Assembly (NCBI GenBank): GCA_951406725.2 | Contig: OX597814.1 | Location: 162,626,001 to 162,690,000 of the forward strand | Source of the DNA: Octopus vulgaris | Lineage: Eukaryota | Direction of reading: 5' to 3' | Length of the DNA stretch: 64,000 nt | Shown: positions 59,961 to 64,000 of the stretch, in pieces | Layout: the number at the start of each line of letters is the position of its first letter | Numbering within the stretch: position 1 is the stretch's first letter | Notes under the pieces: generated by a model | Seen by the model: the letters and a program-made list of their open reading frames with translations, nothing else | The model's database searches: none | Told to the model about the DNA's origin: nothing | Made by a program: the position numbers and the translations under genes

Positions 59961-59994
59961 GAAGAGGGCTAGTGTGAGATGACGAGAAGACGTA

Positions 59995-60163
59995 TGTATG
60001 AGGTTTGCTTCCCAACCACATGGTTTCAGGTTCAGTCTCACTGCGTAGAACCTTGGGCAGGTGTCTTCTGCTATAGCCACGGACCGACCAAAGGCTTGTG
60101 AGTGTATTTGGTAGACGCAAACTGAAAAAAGCCCATCGAACATATATATATATATATATATAT

Positions 60164-60210
<47 letters not shown>

Positions 60211-60412
60211 ATATCTTCGTGTCTGTCTGTATTGTGTGTGTGTCCCCATCACCGCTTGACAACCAAGGTTGGTGTATTTACGTCCCCGTGACATAGCGGT
60301 TCAGCAAAATAAAACGATAGAATAAGTACTAGGCTTAAGTGATAAGTCCTGGGATCGATTTTTTCGATTAAAGCCCTTCAAGACGGTGCTCCACCATGGT
60401 TGCAGTCAAACG
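59995..60412 (+). mobile_element. SINE family A
   Basis: Matches family A. Confidence 0.8.
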
Positions 60413-61154
60413 ACTTTTTGTTGACGCTGTCATGTATCACCTATGCATAGACATTGCCCTGGGTATCATTTTAAACTACGTCCGGTAATGAGGACCCAGT
60501 TCAGGATTGCAGGGTTTTGAGGAAAGTGGACTCAGCCCTTAGTCACTACTTACCCCAAATATACTATGACCCAGAGTTATAGCACCTGCCAGGGCCTCAG
60601 CTATGGGTAAATCATCATTATTAGGGCTCAGTCTGGCGGACTCTGTGGAGGGGAAGGCGGCTGTAGTAACACATTGTGGAATGCTGAGGGTAAGACGAGG
60701 TATGTAAGACATCTTAGTCATCTAGTGAATCCCATCTCAATTCTCAGTCGTTTGACCAGGTCTTCCGACACGACTGAAGATAGTCACTGACTAGACAATG
60801 AAGCTGACGGTGTGCAACTCTGAAACAAAGACACCGAGGCAGTCATCATTGATTTAAAGAAATTTCATTTCCCCAAATTACTAGGTATAAGACTCTCCCT
60901 TTACGAGGTTAACTTATCCTCTAAGCAACTTTCATACATACATACATACATACATACATACATACATACATACACACACACAGACACACACACACACACA
61001 CACACATATATACATATATGAATATCAAAAATACACACACTGTCCCTCTCTCTCACACACACACACTTAATGATCTCGTTTCCTGGCAGTTGGCCAGTCA
61101 AAACAATCTTTTAAAAATCCAGCCGGGAAGATACATAATACGCATTCAAATATA

Positions 61155-61357
<203 letters not shown>

Positions 61358-62027
61358 TACGTAATGTGTATATGTGTGTATAAATGTATATATATGTATA
61401 ATATATGCATATGTATAAGTGTGTGTGCGCATGTGCGTGTACATATATATTTATAATTGGTAATTGTCAACATGTATGATTTATCTCTTGACTTCAGTTA
61501 CGACTTCGGGGCCATTGTAGGAGGGATGGGGGAACACTGAGTTATCAGCACAACTTGTGATGCAGACTAAATGAACCCACTGTGGGAAATACACCCAATT
61601 ACTTTCCCTACTAACAAAAGTTTTTCTTTCAACATAGCAGCCACAAAAGACAAAAATATTTACAGTGCATTTGTGTAAAGCGTGCTAACTTACTAAAAAT
61701 GCGTTACTCTGTTACAGATCGACTTTCTTACTGTTCTTCTCACCGCTTCTCATCTTGCATTTCTTAACTGTGGGAATGTTAGTATCTTTCCCGACGTTTC
61801 AAACGTTTGAGGAACAACAATGCATATTCTGAACGATATCTATTTGGTTCTCGGTCATTGGTAGATTTCCACCAGATTATACCACTTCCAGGGCGTTCCT
61901 GTAAAATAATATATTGACAGAATTGACATCGAACATGGTAATCATTCTGTAAATTATACATATGAGAGCAATTTTGAAATGGGGAAGGTTAGTTGATTAA
62001 ATTAACACTAGTATTGCCCGGTACTAA

Positions 62028-62445
62028 AGGCGGCGAGATGGCAGAATCGTTAGCGCGTAGGCGAAAAGCTTAGCGGTATTTCGTCTGCCGTTGCGTTATG
62101 AGTTCAAATTACGCCGAGGTCGACTTCGCCTTTCAGCCTTTCGGGGTCGATAAATTAAGTACCAGTTGTGTATTGGGGTCGATATAATCGACTTAATCCG
62201 TTTGTCTGTCCTTGTTTGTCCTCTCTGTGTTTAGCCCCTTGTGGGTAGTAAAGAAATAGGTATTTCGTCTGCCGCTTACGTTCTGAGTTCAAATTCCGCC
62301 GAGGTCGATTTTGCCTTTCATCCTTTCGGGGTCGATTAAATAAGTACCAGTTACGCAATGGGGTCGATATAATCGACTTAATCCGTTTGTCTGTCCTTGT
62401 TTCTCCCTTCTGTGTGTAGCCCCTTGTGAGTAGTAAAGAAATAAG
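62028..62445 (+). mobile_element. SINE family B, tandem partial dimer
   Basis: ggcggcgagatggcagaatcgttagc head; the body repeats twice and ends gtagtaaagaaata. Confidence 0.88.
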
Positions 62446-62930
62446 TATTGACCGGTACTTTATTTTATCAACCCTGAAAGGACGAGAGGCAAAATTCGGT
62501 GGTAGTTGAACTCAGAACGTAAAAGAGTGGAAGAAATAATGCAAGATATTTTGTCCGTCGCTCTAACAGTTCTGTCTGTCCAACGCTCTGAAGTCATTTA
62601 TTAATACAAAATTTGTTTGTATCGTCTTCCGTACATACAAAATTAATTGGAGTATCACTTGCTACTCAAGGGTATATCTGGGAGGAGAAAACACCAAGTA
62701 TGTTGTCATTGTAATTGTATACAATATTTCTATTTTCTTTTAACTTTTATCTTTACTTGTTTCAATTATTGGATTGCAACCATGTTACAGCACCGCCATA
62801 TGGCGCCCAGTACTTATTTTTTTTTAAGTCTGGTATTCTTTTCCCGAACCTCTGAGTAATGGAGATGGAAACAAACCAACACCAGTTGACAAGTGGTAGA
62901 GGATGAAAACACATCTCTCTCCATACATAC

Positions 62931-62978
<48 letters not shown>

Positions 62979-63099
62979 CTGGCATGCAGTTTCCGTCAAC
63001 CATATTGACTCACAAGGCAACAGAGGCAGCTACTAAAATAATAATGATATAAATGTTTATCATTACCACATGGCCAGAAATTTGTAGATGGGGAAACGG

Positions 63100-63880
63100 T
63101 TGCTTATTTTATGCATTCCGAAGTGATGAAAGGCAAGGTTGACCTAAACGGGATTTTAACTCAGAGCGTAAATATCACAAAGTATTTTACCAAGGCTTTA
63201 ATAGTTCTATTAATCCACTGCTCAGCGAAAATAATTGTTTCTTGCAAAAGCATAGGCCTGAAATTTATGGAAGAAGGTTGGTTGGTATCATCGAGCCCAA
63301 TACTTGACTGCACTCTTTTTTTTTTATCGATCCCGAAAGAATGAAAGCAAAGTTGTATGCGATGCGGTGGCATTTGAATTCAGAGCTGAAAGTGCCGAAG
63401 AAAATGCCAAAAGGCATTTTCACGACGCTCCAGGGATTCTACCAGCTCTACGCCTTCATTGTTTTAGGAAAGCTATTTTGATGGGAGAGTTTTAGTTATT
63501 ATCTTTGAATCTAATATTCGATTGATACCTTTTTTTTTTTATCGAACCTAGACGGATGAAAGGTAAAGCTTACCTTGGCGCAGTTTGAACTCAGAATGTA
63601 AAAAGTACCTGATATAATACTGCAAAGTACTTTTTCTGACGTTCTAACAATCCTGCCAAACAAACGTTCTAGCTGCAACTAAAAGTTGTTTCAAAATTTA
63701 GCACAAAGCCAGCGATTTTAGGGGAATTTCAACTCAGAACGTGAAGACGGGCGAAATGCTGCTAAACATTTTAACAATTCTGCCAGCTCGCCGCCCTGCA
63801 ACTAAAATAATATCTAACAGAGAACATATTTTACGGAGAGAGAGAAAGCCGGGTCGATTACATCGATTCCAGTATTTGGT
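63100..63880 (-). mobile_element. Cluster of old family B SINE fragments
   Basis: Several degenerate gatgaaaggcaa..gacct..gg..tttgaactcaga blocks. Confidence 0.55.
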
Positions 63881-64000
63881 AATGATAATGATAGACAAAG
63901 AAGAACGTAAGATCCGAAGAGGAAAGAAAAAAGTAATATTCGAAGAGGAAATGTTTACGTTTAATATTTGCTTCCTATTCCACTAAGATTAGGTAATGCA

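Overview
Repeat-saturated, AT-rich animal genomic DNA. The SINE families and dense (TA)n/(CA)n/(TATG)n/(AGAT)n tracts look like Octopus/coleoid cephalopod, which is my recognition and not a database result. No complete host gene is visible; there is one candidate first coding exon at 33549-33618 (-). The window holds about 20 tRNA-derived SINEs of three families, remnants of RTE, CR1-like, RLE-type and Penelope-like retroelements, a full-length maT (DD37D) transposon and a mariner remnant. The main observation is at 1-6580. An L1/Tx1-clade LINE ORF2 3' end runs directly into a tandem array of ~360-bp units, each carrying a type I hammerhead ribozyme with a compensatory U3-A8 core and a palindromic mini stem III (9 copies, one truncated). 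A second, diverged copy of the same LINE ends in a sequence-diverged but structurally covarying hammerhead-plus-hairpins module. Both modules end at TA tracts. This suggests a ribozyme-tailed L1/Tx1 retrotransposon coupled to a retrozyme-like circular-RNA array. Further Penelope-type minimal hammerheads lie at 10582-10629 (-) and 48593-48627 (-), with a decayed one at 56690-56722 (+). Almost all ORFs in the supplied track are microsatellite or SINE artefacts.
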